DNA of 64,000 nt from Schizosaccharomyces osmophilus (GCF_027921745.1 NC_079239.1:62001-126000); one strand, 5' to 3'; positions 1 to 11,857 are shown, numbered from the stretch's first letter. A program made the numbers and translations. Notes: generated by a model not told the origin, from the sequence alone.

Positions 1-319
1 CCGTCAATTCTTCTAGTAGTAGTTATATGAATATAAGTACTCCTGGCTTCGGCAGTCGTAACAACTAGCTTGTGGCCACAGCTAAAAATTACTGCCTTTT
101 ATGAAGCAATTGAAGTTGATGCTAATAAATTTATCACTTGACTTTTTCGTTTCAGCTTCCTTTAATGCCATCTTTTCAGTGAGATGGAGGTTGGCAACAA
201 ACAAATTCTAAAACTAGCAAATTAGATATATAAATGTCTTTATTAAAAATCCTTATCTACCGACTATAAAACGGAAATTGGAAACGAAACTTGATTGAAT
301 TCGAATTCTCTAAACCATA

Positions 320-2098
320 TTAAACCAGTAACGCAACGGCTAAAAAGCAAGTGGCCGCCATCATCAAAGACAAAGGCTTCGTAGAAGATCCCTTGGACTC
401 GTGAGAACCAGTAGGTTTGCTGGTAGAGTAAGCAGTGCTTGTTGAATCAGCAGTAAAGGTGGAAGAGCCGCTCGTATAGGTTCTGTGATGCGTAGAAACT
501 GAAGAAAATGTTGTTGGTGAAGCAAAAGAAGAGCTAGATGAAAGTGAGTCGGACAATGAAGATGTTGGATACGAGACAGAAGAAGAATAGATACTCGTAG
601 GTGTTCCCAAAAACTTTTCAAAGGAAGTCAAGCTAGCCTCTGGATAATAGACTTGAGGCATACCAGTAGTTATTGTAACTGGTAAAGTACCAGAAGAACC
701 CACAGTAGCAGTTGTATTGCTTAAAACTTCACGAACTACGGTTCCTTCGTCAAAGTTGGAACTGACATCGTAAGCAACCTTGTCGGAATTTGACTCAAAG
801 TTTGTGTAGACGCCAAGAACGTCTCCCTTTTGAACGAATGAATAACGTAGTTCATTGTTTAAAAACTGGTGATTTGTTGTCGTCCATTTATCATTGTCAT
901 GCATAGCTTGTTTACGCAAAGCGACGACCGTACGAATTAACTGATAATTAGGTGAGCTAATGTTATAACCGTAATTCCACAAAGCTTCACGATTATCAGA
1001 CGTACCGGCACCACCAGTCAGGTGCTGTTCTTGTCCATAATAAATAATGGGAATGCCAGTATGGAGTAAAAGAAACACGATGGCACCTTTGTTTTGCGAG
1101 GCATCATCCGTAATGTAGGGATAACGGGGTAAATCATGGTTTTCCAAAAAGTTAGCGACAGTAGACATATCTTGACCGGAACAAGCCTGCTGAAACTGAG
1201 TATCAATTTGTTGAAGGTATTGGAAAGCAGCTCCGGTATTATTGAAAGCAAATTCGATTCCTTGTCGAATTGGATAGCTGGTAATGCTATCGATTTGGTG
1301 GCGAACAGAGCAGGAAATGTCAGGGTTATAGGAAAACATCTCACCAACGGAGAAAACACCAGCAGACTTAAGATAATCGGGAAAGAAGTTGGGGTTCATT
1401 TGCTTAATGGCGTCCACACGGATACCATCAATACCATAGCGCTGAACAACATCGTGAATATGTTCATTCAGATAACTAGAAACTTGCTTAGATTCGAGAT
1501 TCAAATCGGCGAGGATGATTTCATCATCACCAGCCCAGCAATCTTCAATCTCGGAATTATTGGTGCTGGCATAATCGATCCAGCAGAAAGGATGGAAGTA
1601 ATCAGATGAATTGAAAGGATGAAGATTAGAATAGGTGATATTCTCAGGGGGACCAGGAATAGCCATGGAGTTGGCAAGGGCATCGAACATGACCCACATA
1701 TCACGATTATGCATATCATTAATAAGATCAATTAAATCGTCTTCGGAACCCCAATGATCGTTCAAGCGAGTAAAATCGCTGTTCCAGTAACCGTGATACG
1801 ACTCACCGTCTTCGCCATACGTACCTTCGACATTTTTATCGATAGGAGACATCCAAACAGCATTGAAACCCATCTCCTGAATGTAATCCAGCTTGGATTG
1901 AATGCCTTTCCAAGTACCACCGCAGTACTTGCCAGAACCCTTTTGACACTCAGGGTTCGAAGTATCGTTGACGGCAAAACGATCCGTCAAAATTTGATAA
2001 ACAACACGGTCTCGCCATTCTTCAGCGGTTTTTGCCAGACCTTGCTGCACTCCGCTGAAAACACCTAAGGCAAGTAACGAAAAGTGTAACAATCCCAT
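320..2098 (-). CDS. aah1: GPI-anchored alpha-amylase homologue (GH13)
   Basis: Signal peptide; GH13 motifs YQILTDRF, YHGYW, DGIRVDAIK, GEMF, FLENHD; Ser/Thr-rich linker and hydrophobic GPI-type C-terminus; near vph2 as in S. pombe. Confidence 0.85.
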   Translation of the reverse strand: MGLLHFSLLALGVFSGVQQGLAKTAEEWRDRVVYQILTDRFAVNDTSNPECQKGSGKYCGGTWKGIQSKLDYIQEMGFNAVWMSPIDKNVEGTYGEDGESYHGYWNSDFTRLNDHWGSEDDLIDLINDMHNRDMWVMFDALANSMAIPGPPENITYSNLHPFNSSDYFHPFCWIDYASTNNSEIEDCWAGDDEIILADLNLESKQVSSYLNEHIHDVVQRYGIDGIRVDAIKQMNPNFFPDYLKSAGVFSVGEMFSYNPDISCSVRHQIDSITSYPIRQGIEFAFNNTGAAFQYLQQIDTQFQQACSGQDMSTVANFLENHDLPRYPYITDDASQNKGAIVFLLLHTGIPIIYYGQEQHLTGGAGTSDNREALWNYGYNISSPNYQLIRTVVALRKQAMHDNDKWTTTNHQFLNNELRYSFVQKGDVLGVYTNFESNSDKVAYDVSSNFDEGTVVREVLSNTTATVGSSGTLPVTITTGMPQVYYPEASLTSFEKFLGTPTSIYSSSVSYPTSSLSDSLSSSSSFASPTTFSSVSTHHRTYTSGSSTFTADSTSTAYSTSKPTGSHESKGSSTKPLSLMMAATCFLAVALLV

Positions 2099-2506
2099 TT
2101 CAAATGACAGAAATCACAAATGAAAATGCAAAAAAATGAAAAGAACTTTGAAAATGAACGAGGAATGAAACTAAAGGAGAATCAAACCAATGCAATGCGA
2201 AAGAAAACTGGATGCGAATGCGAATGCAAGGAAAAAAGATGAAAAAGAAATATGCAAAAATGAAAAGAAATCAAACGAATCCAAATAAATGCAGAACCAA
2301 AAGAAAAAGTTTCCTAAAAGATGAGGATATTGAAAGAAAAAATAAAAGGAGAGAAAAATGATTTAAAGAATAGACATATATTTGAAAAGAAAGAAATAAA
2401 AAGAGAAAAGAATTAAGAAACGTCTCGGGGATAAACCCAGCTATTGAGCCAAATAAGCGAAGACTGTAAGTACCAACAAAACTTGTCCATTTGGAGCCAA
2501 AGCAGT

Positions 2507-3527
2507 CCTTTTATAGCTTTGAAGGATGGTGATTTTCAATCGGAAAAAAGGCTGGTATCATTTGTGAAGCGTAAACAAAACTCCAATCATGAACTAAAAG
2601 TAAGACGAAGGAAGAACTATTTCATTCGGGCCGAGTTATTCGGTTTTATCGAAGCGACCGAATCCCGGTTGCATTGGATTTCTCAAACCGAAAGGATACC
2701 TCGTAATAGTAGTTAAAGTAATAATACCTAAAAGAAAGTAGCAATCTGAACAAATGGGATTTTTGTTTTTGTAAACAATTCCTTATTCAAGGGTTCCCTA
2801 AAGAAACTTGGCTCCAAGTCTATATTATAAACATTGTAAACACAAACAAGAGCAATAGGCCGACCGGAAAATCGTCTGGAATCCTTTGAAAATGAAATTT
2901 TTCCATATTCTTACCGCGACGTTAAATCCTCGGAGAACAGACAAAAACCGAACCACCAACCATGGACCAGAAACAGCAAAAAAAGAAAGAATGATGAAGG
3001 TATGGATGCAATCACAAAACAACAAGTAGTTCAATTAGAGAATCGTTAGTTTTGCGTTATTCGTCCTGTGTAGTCCTTGATAAAACGAAAAACGAAGAGA
3101 AATCATAGCGTCGCGTCGCGTCGCGTCGCTTTTAGTAGCAAGAAATCCTCCAGAACTATAGTTGCGAATCCACTGTCATTTAAAAGCTCCTTAGAAGAAT
3201 TTCAAATGTTTTATAAATAAATAAACGATAGGAATGTGTGGAGCGAGGTTTCATACATTTAAGTCGCGTGTCGACGAGTTTCCCTTCATGTAACGAGTAT
3301 TTGCTGAAGTTTGTACTGGCAGAGTATGCTCGGACCTAAAGTCATAATTAGGAAACAAAGAACAAAGAAACGAATCGAAACGACAGATGTTGGAATGGTT
3401 TTGTGTAATACGGTACATTTTGAAAAACTACTAGCAACGAGTTCCCGAATTCGGTATATGGTAAACATCGCTTTCCGTAAAGACAGCAACTAAGGATGGT
3501 TTGTTTATTGTCGTCACCTAGTAAACA
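2507..3527. promoter_or_regulatory. Cell-cycle-type motif cluster in the aah1/vph2 divergent intergenic region
   Basis: TATA (CTATAAAAG, minus strand, ~2507-2515); Ace2-type ACCAGCC (minus, 2550-2556); forkhead GTAAACA at 2571, 2771, 2836 and 3521; (GCGTC)n MCB-like tract at ~3108-3129. Confidence 0.5.
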
Positions 3528-3837
3528 AGAAAAGGCCAAGTCCATATTGAAAGGAAGGATCCAACAGAAGGAATATACTGATGTTTCTTCATTTAATTCC
3601 TTTATAATACTGATTAAAAATAAATAACTACCGAAGCCTGCTTCCTCATGCGTATTGACTTATGTTTCCTAGCCTTTAGAACGAACCACTACTACCCTGC
3701 CACATAAATCACCATTGTTGGTATTCTTTTCCTACTGTCGGGAGATTGATGGAACTCGAACTGAATTTTTGGAAACGGAACTAAAACAAACCAATTTTAT
3801 ACCCTAAATACAGCGAGCGACTAGAATAGTCGCTTCT

Positions 3838-4512
3838 ATGGTGACATATCAACTTACTGACCAGCAAAAGCGAGAATTGCAAGTACAAGATTCCATCATT
3901 GATGGAAAACAACTAAAAAAAAGCCTTATCAAGCTTAGAAAAGAAAAAAAAGATGCGGATTTGAAACCTTTTCTACGAGGAATCCAGCTATCGTCCTTAT
4001 GCATGCCTCGTTCCAATAATGATGTTGCTCGAGACAAAAGGGACATCGATGAGCTGAGGGAAAAAAGTCTCTATGATGGGGTTCAGCTATTGCCTTCTAT
4101 GGCAGGTGTATCCGACGATAGTCAACTTCAGGAAAAAGCGGAAGACAAAAAAGCAAAAAACCAATTAAGCGCCATCATAAACATTCTTTTTACTGTAGTG
4201 GGGACCACATTTGCAGTGTGGTATTGCACATCTTCTTTTCGAATAGAAAACGTATGCTGGTGACAATGATCCATTCGAATACTAACTGTTTTATAGAGAG
4301 TGGCTATATGTGGATTTTCATCTCTCTTGGTCCTAATTGCTGATACATTTCTTTACATTCGGTTTCTTACTTTACCACCCGTACAAGCGCCAAAGCGTGC
4401 TAGAGGTGAAGTTATCTATACGTGGAGTACCAAAGATCCACTTGACCAAGACGACCAGATTTTATCATTTTTAAACAGTCCTGTCCCAATAAAAGAGAAA
4501 AAGAATAATTAG
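3838..4512 (+). CDS. vph2: V-ATPase assembly factor Vma12/Vph2; exons 3838-4251 and 4297-4512
   Basis: Two ORFs joined in frame by intron GTATGC...CTAAC...TAG (4252-4296); two TM helices; C-terminal KKxx ER-retrieval signal (EKKNN). Confidence 0.85.
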
Positions 4513-5232
4513 GTTCTATCCAAAATTGAAGAAAGGCAAATTCGGTTTTGCAATGGATTGCAGTAACCCTAAATGGTCATCTGCTTGGGTTGTATTTAAC
4601 TTTCTTCTAAAGGCTGAGGCATTGCAGTTTGCTCAACCGATAGAGCACTTGGTGTTACAATGATATGCTATTTAATTCGCTTACCAAAGACGTTGAGGTG
4701 TTTGCGTTTTTGCATGGTGCAGTTTTTTTTTGTCTTGTGTCTCTAAAATGTTTTGTGTATTTTAGCATTTCATTCACGCCGAATTTGATTTACAAAGGCA
4801 ACTAATATAAAGCATTATGGGGATACTACTGTTATGTTGGCAGCTGCCGTGTAGAGTCCTTGCGTTTTGTTCTATCTTCTTTTTACGTTTGAATGTACAT
4901 CCATTTATCAAGAAGAAAATTCTCTGCTTTAGTTGAGAAAAGTTGACTCAAATCCGTAAAGACAATTTACTTGGAATATCTTACTGTTTTTGAAAAATCA
5001 TTCGTTTGCTTCAAACCTGGATTGCTTCTACTTATATTTTGTATTACTCTACTCATCCCCATCGGTCAGTGAAACACGCGTACTATATCCTTTCTATTTT
5101 AAAAAATAGGAGAATGTGACTAGCAATTCTCCTATCGCGAATGCTGTTATTGTTAATGAACTTCATTAAAAATGAAAAGCTTAATTATTGCTCGTTTGTC
5201 ATAAATCTCGTTACTATCATGTCATATTTTCC

Positions 5233-6786
5233 TTAATTAGCTGGTTCAAACATATGCTTGTTGCCTTGATTCACAACCTTGTTTCCGGTTTTAGTAGCCT
5301 TTTGAGCCTCTTCCTCAGTAGACTTTTCAATCCGAGCTCCCAATTCGGGATGGACTCTACCGAATACCTTATATTGTCTTTGTCGTACCACGGGAACTGC
5401 TTTGGAAAGATGGCCTGCAACATTTTTGACAAAGTTGTCTTGTTGACCAGGTTGTTTTCCTAAAACCCTCTCCCAGAAAGCTCTAGGCTGCTCAAAGTCA
5501 ACATCGGTAATTTCATCCATATGATAAGTAACTTCACCAACCCACTTTTCGTGATTCTCGTTAGGCTCATGATATTCCTTGGCCAAAGGTTGTAATGATG
5601 AAGGGTAGTTGGGCATACTACCTTGATTATCAGTAACATTCATGGGTCCATCACGAGAATAATTAAAGACAGGGCATCTAGGCTTGTTCACGGGAATTTG
5701 CTCAAAGTTAGCACCCAAGCGATGACGATGAGTATCAGGGTAACTGAAAGTGCGAACTTGCAAGACTGGGTCAGGAGAAACATCCACACCTGGTAGCATA
5801 TGAGAGGGAGAAAAAGCAGCTTCTTCAATGTCGGTAAAGAAGTTTTCAGGGTTTTTGTCCAAAGTCATACGGCCGACTTCATGCATGGGAACATCTTTGT
5901 GAGGCCATACCTTGGTAAGGTCGAAGGGGTTGTATTTAAACTTTTCAGCATCCTCAGGTGTCATAATCTGTACATAAAGAGTCCAGCTGGGATAATCACC
6001 ACGATCAATTGCTTCAAACAAATCTTGTCGTCCAAACTCTGGGTTTATTCCGAACATCTCAGCAGCCTCTTCATTCGTCATACTCTTGGTTCCCTGGTTG
6101 CTAAGGAAGTGCCATTTGCAATAATAAAATTCGTTCTTATCATTGACAAACTTGTACGTGTGACTAGAAAAACCATTCATAAATCGATATCCATAAGGTG
6201 TACCTCCGAGGTCAGAAAAAAGAATCATGACCTGATGAGTGGATTCTGGATTTTGAGATAAGTAATCCCAATAAGCGGTATTGTCCCGTAGGGCACTTTG
6301 GGGGTCTCTTTTCTGAGAATGGATGAACACGGGGAATTTAGCAGGGTCACGAATGAAGAAAATAGGAGTATTGTTTCCAACCATATCGAAAATACCATCT
6401 TCAGCATAAAACTTAAGGGCAAATCCTCGAGGGTCACGGAAGGTGTCCGGAGAACCTTGTTCACCACTGACCTGGGAAAATCTTGCTAACATGGGAGTTT
6501 TCTTTCCAACTTTATTGAACATTTTCAATTTTGTGAATTTCGTAATATCCTTTGTTACCTCAAAGGTGCCAAATGCACCGGAACCTTTGGCATGCACGAC
6601 ACGTTCGGGAATCCTTTCACGGTCAAACTTTTGGTACAGATCAATCAAATGGAAATCCTGCAATAGAATAGGACCTCCTTTACCGATACGAGCACTAGCA
6701 AGTGAATTGTAAATAGGACATCCCGTACTAGTGGTGTACACTGGGGCACTTTCGCCTTGTACTAACTTCTTAGCTTCCTCTAGCAT
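5233..6786 (-). CDS. ctt1: Monofunctional heme catalase
   Basis: FDRERIPERVVHAKG, VGNNTP and RTFSYPDTHRHRLG motifs; full-length similarity to S. pombe Ctt1. Confidence 0.92.
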   Translation of the reverse strand: MLEEAKKLVQGESAPVYTTSTGCPIYNSLASARIGKGGPILLQDFHLIDLYQKFDRERIPERVVHAKGSGAFGTFEVTKDITKFTKLKMFNKVGKKTPMLARFSQVSGEQGSPDTFRDPRGFALKFYAEDGIFDMVGNNTPIFFIRDPAKFPVFIHSQKRDPQSALRDNTAYWDYLSQNPESTHQVMILFSDLGGTPYGYRFMNGFSSHTYKFVNDKNEFYYCKWHFLSNQGTKSMTNEEAAEMFGINPEFGRQDLFEAIDRGDYPSWTLYVQIMTPEDAEKFKYNPFDLTKVWPHKDVPMHEVGRMTLDKNPENFFTDIEEAAFSPSHMLPGVDVSPDPVLQVRTFSYPDTHRHRLGANFEQIPVNKPRCPVFNYSRDGPMNVTDNQGSMPNYPSSLQPLAKEYHEPNENHEKWVGEVTYHMDEITDVDFEQPRAFWERVLGKQPGQQDNFVKNVAGHLSKAVPVVRQRQYKVFGRVHPELGARIEKSTEEEAQKATKTGNKVVNQGNKHMFEPAN

Positions 6787-7272
6787 TTTGATAAGCTATT
6801 AATGGTAAATACGATGATTAAATGTAGAAGCGCCCGGCAACTTACATATAAATCGCTTGTAAATTGAAAACGTAATTCTTAAACTGCTGTACTTTTGTTT
6901 AATGTTAAAATTTGTCATTCCAATGTATAATTACAATGCATATGATTGGAAATTATTAGGTAACCGATAATTATGTCAGTAGTGGCGAGCGCATTATAAA
7001 AGAAATCAAGAGCTTATAGTTGACTTGCACAGACATCTTTATAAAGTGGATTGATTGTTGATATCAACATCCGTTCAGGGTTTTTACAGCTCAATTACCG
7101 TTGGAAGTATGCTCCTGTGACTCTAGCATTGTTTTAAAACGGATTGCTGTATGTTTACATATGCGGTCATGTCATCTATTATCATTTTATCATAGAAAGC
7201 GTCCCTTTTACGAATGAACGGTTCGTTCCATATACCATTTGTATAGGAATATCCTGTGGAGTTCAGCGAATT

Positions 7273-7344
7273 GCTCTTGTAGCTCAGTGGTAGAGCGCTT
7301 GCCTAGTAAGCAAGAGGCCCAGTGTTCGAGTCACTGCTGGAGCA
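7273..7344 (+). tRNA. tRNA-Thr(AGT)
   Basis: 72-nt cloverleaf: acceptor GCTCTTG/CTGGAGC, D-loop TAGCTCAGTGGTAGAGC, anticodon arm CTTGC-CTAGTAA-GCAAG, GTTCGAG T-loop; followed by a T-run Pol III terminator. Confidence 0.95.
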
Positions 7345-7783
7345 TTTTTTTATTTTATTTTGAGATAAAATAAAGGATTGAACAACGATTGTAAGACTTT
7401 ATATTTAAGCAACAATGGTGTTTTAAAACTAATTAAATAAATGAATTGATTGTTGTTGTTTTCTTTGATCATTTAATTCCAATTTGGAAACGTGTTTTCT
7501 TCATTTTTCACTATCCTATCCTCTTTGACAATCTTTATGCGTTCACAAATCCCATATAGTTTGATACAATTATTGTCTATCCTTTTGTAAATTGTTTATA
7601 AGACTGTTAAGAAGCCGAAATTCTTTTTTTGCAATTTTTATTCGTTTTTTTTTTGTGAAATTGGAATGTAATAAACAAAAGTAACATGCGTCAGGTAACA
7701 AACATATGATCAGAAAATGTTTTGCTCACGTTGAATTTTTAGTGAAAGCCAGACATAAAGAAAAAACTAATAAATAGACAAAA

Positions 7784-9301
7784 ATGACACCGCCAGTAGA
7801 AAATGGAAACCAAAAAGATGGGATGTTTGGGATTAGCCGTCGAAGATCCCGAATTGAACCTCCTCCTACTGAATTCCTGAATGAATTGAGACCTGAAATA
7901 GAGTCTATCAAGGAAGAAAATGAATCAAACAATTTTATCAAACAGAAAAACGAATATCTTATATCTTCCAATGAGTTGGATAATAGCGGTGCGCCTAGTT
8001 TTACAGATGTGTCCACTCACTCCAAAAATGACAATGCAAATATGATTCCTCCCAAGCGATCGATCGCTTTAATTTTGGTGAATAGTATCATGTCCGACAT
8101 GTCTTTTGGTGTGGCTTTACCAACATCTCCTTCCTATACTCAAAAGCTTGGTGGTACGGACGCGTTTTCTGGCTTAGTAGTGGGAATTCCAACTCTCATT
8201 TCATTATTGTTGCTTTATCCAATGCTGAAATTTGCAACACCAAAGTCTGCGAAGGGATACACGTTGTATTATCGACCAATGTTAGTTTCTGTCTTCGCTC
8301 ACAGTGTTGGGCATTTGATGTATTGCATGGCCGATCAAGCAAACTGGCTGTATTTAATTCTCATTGGTCGTATGTTTAATGGTATAGGGTTTACCATGTT
8401 TTTGTATCATAAAAAGTACGCGACAGACAAATTACTTGTCGGACACAACCGCCGAACGTTTCTCGCAACGTTGAACATTCTGGCACAAACCTTGGGTTTT
8501 ATGGCTGGTCCTTTCTTGGGTGGTATTTTGGCGAAAGGTACAAGAAAGTTGGATAATCGTGTTTTTAATCAATACACTGGTGGCTCATGGGTTATGATGT
8601 ATATATGGATTCTTTTTGGTGTGTTTTTGGTCATTTTTTACAAAGAAGTATATCCGAAAGACGATCGTACGGTATTGGAAAAGCCTGTTGACGTTGATGA
8701 AAATAGTGGTCCATTGTCACTTAAACATATTTATTTGCTTACTTTTCTTGGATTAGCTGCTTTTGTGTCGTATTTTAATATTTCTGGCTATCAAACCAGT
8801 ATACCAATTTACGCGAGTAAGTTGTACAATTATAATGCTTACCAGTCTGGTAATTTTATTTCACTAGCAGCATTGGTCATTTCTCCATTTGTCTTTTTAA
8901 GCACCTTTCTTTCACGCTGGTTGGAGGATCGACATATCATGCTAATTGGATTTACTATTGGAATCATAGCTCTCGTTTTACACCTTATTTTGGATGCTGT
9001 TCACAAAATTCCTGTCCAAGCGTACTTTGTGTTCTATTCAGTAATGATGTATGGATTTAGCATTGGTTCGGCACCTTTGGTTTCACTAGCTTCTAAACAA
9101 ATGCAACCCAAATATCATGTTTTGAGCAGTGTACTATTCCAAGTTGGATTGTCCCTTTCCAACACTGTTGGTGCAATATGTGGTGGTGCTATTTACAGCA
9201 TCACAACAGTTGGTTTTATAGGTCTTTGTATTGGGCTATCTGTTGTTTCATTTATACAATTTTTGACTTTGTGGAATTCTATGAAGTTGAAGTTGAATTA
9301 A
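7784..9301 (+). CDS. Major facilitator superfamily transporter (SPCC330.07c-like)
   Basis: 505 aa, about 12 hydrophobic segments, GRMFNGIG MFS-type motif; close to pmp20/ura4 as in S. pombe. Confidence 0.85.
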   Translation: MTPPVENGNQKDGMFGISRRRSRIEPPPTEFLNELRPEIESIKEENESNNFIKQKNEYLISSNELDNSGAPSFTDVSTHSKNDNANMIPPKRSIALILVNSIMSDMSFGVALPTSPSYTQKLGGTDAFSGLVVGIPTLISLLLLYPMLKFATPKSAKGYTLYYRPMLVSVFAHSVGHLMYCMADQANWLYLILIGRMFNGIGFTMFLYHKKYATDKLLVGHNRRTFLATLNILAQTLGFMAGPFLGGILAKGTRKLDNRVFNQYTGGSWVMMYIWILFGVFLVIFYKEVYPKDDRTVLEKPVDVDENSGPLSLKHIYLLTFLGLAAFVSYFNISGYQTSIPIYASKLYNYNAYQSGNFISLAALVISPFVFLSTFLSRWLEDRHIMLIGFTIGIIALVLHLILDAVHKIPVQAYFVFYSVMMYGFSIGSAPLVSLASKQMQPKYHVLSSVLFQVGLSLSNTVGAICGGAIYSITTVGFIGLCIGLSVVSFIQFLTLWNSMKLKLN

Positions 9302-9378
9302 GTACACCTCAAGATCAGCAGGCTTGACAACTTGGTGCGTTTCCTTTGTCATTTGTGAGCGGTTGGGTGTGGTTCAGG

Positions 9379-9381
<3 letters not shown>

Positions 9382-9420
<39 letters not shown>
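9382..9420 (+). repeat. poly(T) tract of ~39 nt
   Basis: Direct reading of the sequence. Confidence 0.9.
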
Positions 9421-9421
<1 letters not shown>

Positions 9422-9859
9422 GAACGTTTCGGAACACGATTGGATTTCCATACACGCGTTGCGCAATTTGTATTTTTCCCAATTTGGGGAGGCGGGAAAG
9501 GGTCTTTTGTCTTTGACCTTTTCAACATGGATTAACTGGCGATTTAAAATTCGTCATCCATCGCAAGAAATCAACGTGTATCAAGAAGAATGTCTTACTT
9601 CTCGCACGAGTTATGGATACATCATTCAAATTCATTTCATGGAAAGCCATGCTCACAGCGAAGTATACTCAATTGGTAGAGAGAGTTTATGGAAGTTTGA
9701 AGGATGCCCGAAAGCAAAAATAAAATTTAGAATATAAAAAGGTAATGTGGTATTATGGGTTTCGGTTATTATTTATAGACTTCAGCATTTTTATTAAAAA
9801 TAAGATACAATGTTTATGTCAAAATATTCCTTCGGTCTTAGTGTTCGTTACACTCAATT

Positions 9860-11535
9860 CATGGGCTTTAGTCGCTCTGGATCTATTTGGATACCATCAG
9901 CTAAGAAAATATGTCTTTACTTTGCTCAAAAAGAGTGACACTTTTCGCTAAGTTATAAATTTGCTTCCCTTAGTTTACCGAAAACCTTTGTAGGTGGTCG
10001 ACATGTTGTTTTTTGAAGGATATATATATTATCTAGATAAACAATCGAAAAGTGGTGAATGTAAGGAAGTAATGTCTTCTTGATATATCTGAAAATTTGT
10101 CGAGGCATTGGTTAATCCAAACGACATGACCAAAAATTTATAAGCTCCAAATGGTGTTTTCAAGGCTGTTTTATGTTCGTCACCTTCTTAAATCCTGAGT
10201 AAATGATAAGCTTCCTTTAAGTCTAAAGTACTGAAAACTTTAGCCGAGCATAGACAATTAACAATGTCTTCAACGTTGGGTAGAGGATAATTGTCTCTCT
10301 TGGTAATTGCATTTGAAGGTCTATAATTGACGACCATCCGGTATTGATCTGTTCCCTTCTTTGGAACTAATTATGGAGTACACATACAATTTAAGGAACT
10401 TTCTCTTATTTGTCCCTTACCCGATAAATCTTGGATTTTATCTTTGATTGTCGACAACCGACAACTCCTTTTGTGTATAGCGCCTAAGTCTTGGTGTATT
10501 ATCGGGCAATTCCTGTGTCAATTCAATTGTCAGGTCCTTCCATGAATGATATGTCTTAGGAGTATTTTCAAAGACGTCTTTATTAGTTGAACTATTTTGT
10601 TCTTCAATGTTTGTTCGAAGTAAAGTTTTCAAATCCTTCGGTCTCTTCAAAAGTAATCAACCCAACATTGCTTTAATTTCAAGAGACGGAGTAAAATAAA
10701 CGTTTCGTATAGTTTCTGGTTAACTATTGTTACCGGTAATGTTAGATTTCCTTTAACGTTCACTAGGCCTTTTGTTATGCTCATAAACTATTTAGGCGTA
10801 ATTTGCTTTGCAAAGTCTTCTCTGAGAATTGATACATCGGCGCCTGTATCTATAAAAGCTGTAATCGGTAAATTTGCTATTTCAGGTTTTCGAAGAGGCA
10901 AACTTTGCTCCTAAAAGGATCCTGATGAGTTTTCCGTTCAAACTGTGCGTATATAGGTATGTTCGTCCTATTGCTTCTGCCTTTGCTAACTAGTCATTCA
11001 TGAGAACTTGTTTTTGGTTTCAATTTTTGATAATTATTGGTACGTTCGTTTCTATAGCAATCGGAGTGTAAGGTAAAAGCCGTTGCCTTTCTATACGTTT
11101 CCTTGTCGAGTGTCTATCCATTTATGTACTTAATAAACATCAAGTTCGCCAAGCTTTTTTGGTTAATTATTATGAGATAGGACCAAGCCAGAATTTTTCT
11201 CTTTCGTTAAAAATAATTTGGTTAAAGGCATTCGTAAAATATCTTTGGGATCCGGGCATTTTTGATCTGCCTTTGGCAGCTTTCTGGAGAATTGGAATAA
11301 AGGAAAGCGATTTTTGCTCGTTCTTCAGTCAATACATCTGGTAAACAATCCAATACACTTTCAATTATCCTTCTGAAAGTCTTTGTCGGAACTTCTGATG
11401 GTTCAAATTTTTCCAGATTTATGTTAGAAACCATTAGTAAATATGCATTGTCTCTTGGTTTTTATGCCTCATATAGAAGTTCCATAAATTTGAACGGTTC
11501 AAATGTTTAAAGATCTTCATCAGTTTCCATATGGT
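9860..11535 (-). mobile_element. Decayed Ty3/gypsy LTR retrotransposon (gag-like, protease, RT; 3'-truncated)
   Basis: Minus-strand translation gives protease TAFIDTGADVSI (DTGA at 10839-10850) and RT segments LVPKKGTDQYRMVVNYR, RDNYPLPNVEDI, FSTLDLKEAYH, KTPFGAYKFLVMSFGLTNA, IVYLDNI (~10028-10045) and ADGIQIDPERLK; many stops and frameshifts. Confidence 0.92.
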
Positions 11536-11547
11536 TGAGTCTTTTTT

Positions 11548-11857
11548 TGTAACCTTTAATAAATTCCACTCAGGAGAGTGAGATTGGAAGAATTAGTCAC
11601 AGCTAAGATTTTGCGCTGTATAAGTATGAGACTGAGTGGTTTTGAAGGTTGAATGATCTATATTTGTATAAATTAGAATCTATTTAGTATGTGCTTTGAG
11701 AATTTTCAAGGTCCAGCGACTTAAGTAGCCAAATAGACAACTAAATTTATTAAGCCCCGATCAGTCAAATCTTCCAACCTGAAAATTCGTACTTCCAACT
11801 GGAGATAAATACATCTTCTAAAGTCCATTTCTCTGTTAAAAGTTTCATTGTTTACAA
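11548..11857 (-). mobile_element. Candidate 5' LTR of the retrotransposon relic
   Basis: 310-bp segment bounded by TGTAA...TTACA inverted termini directly upstream of the gag-like start; no second copy in the window to confirm it. Confidence 0.3.

Noticed and set aside
9324..9737. 137-aa ORF with poly-Phe
   Set aside because: An artefact of the T39 tract, with a non-ATG start.
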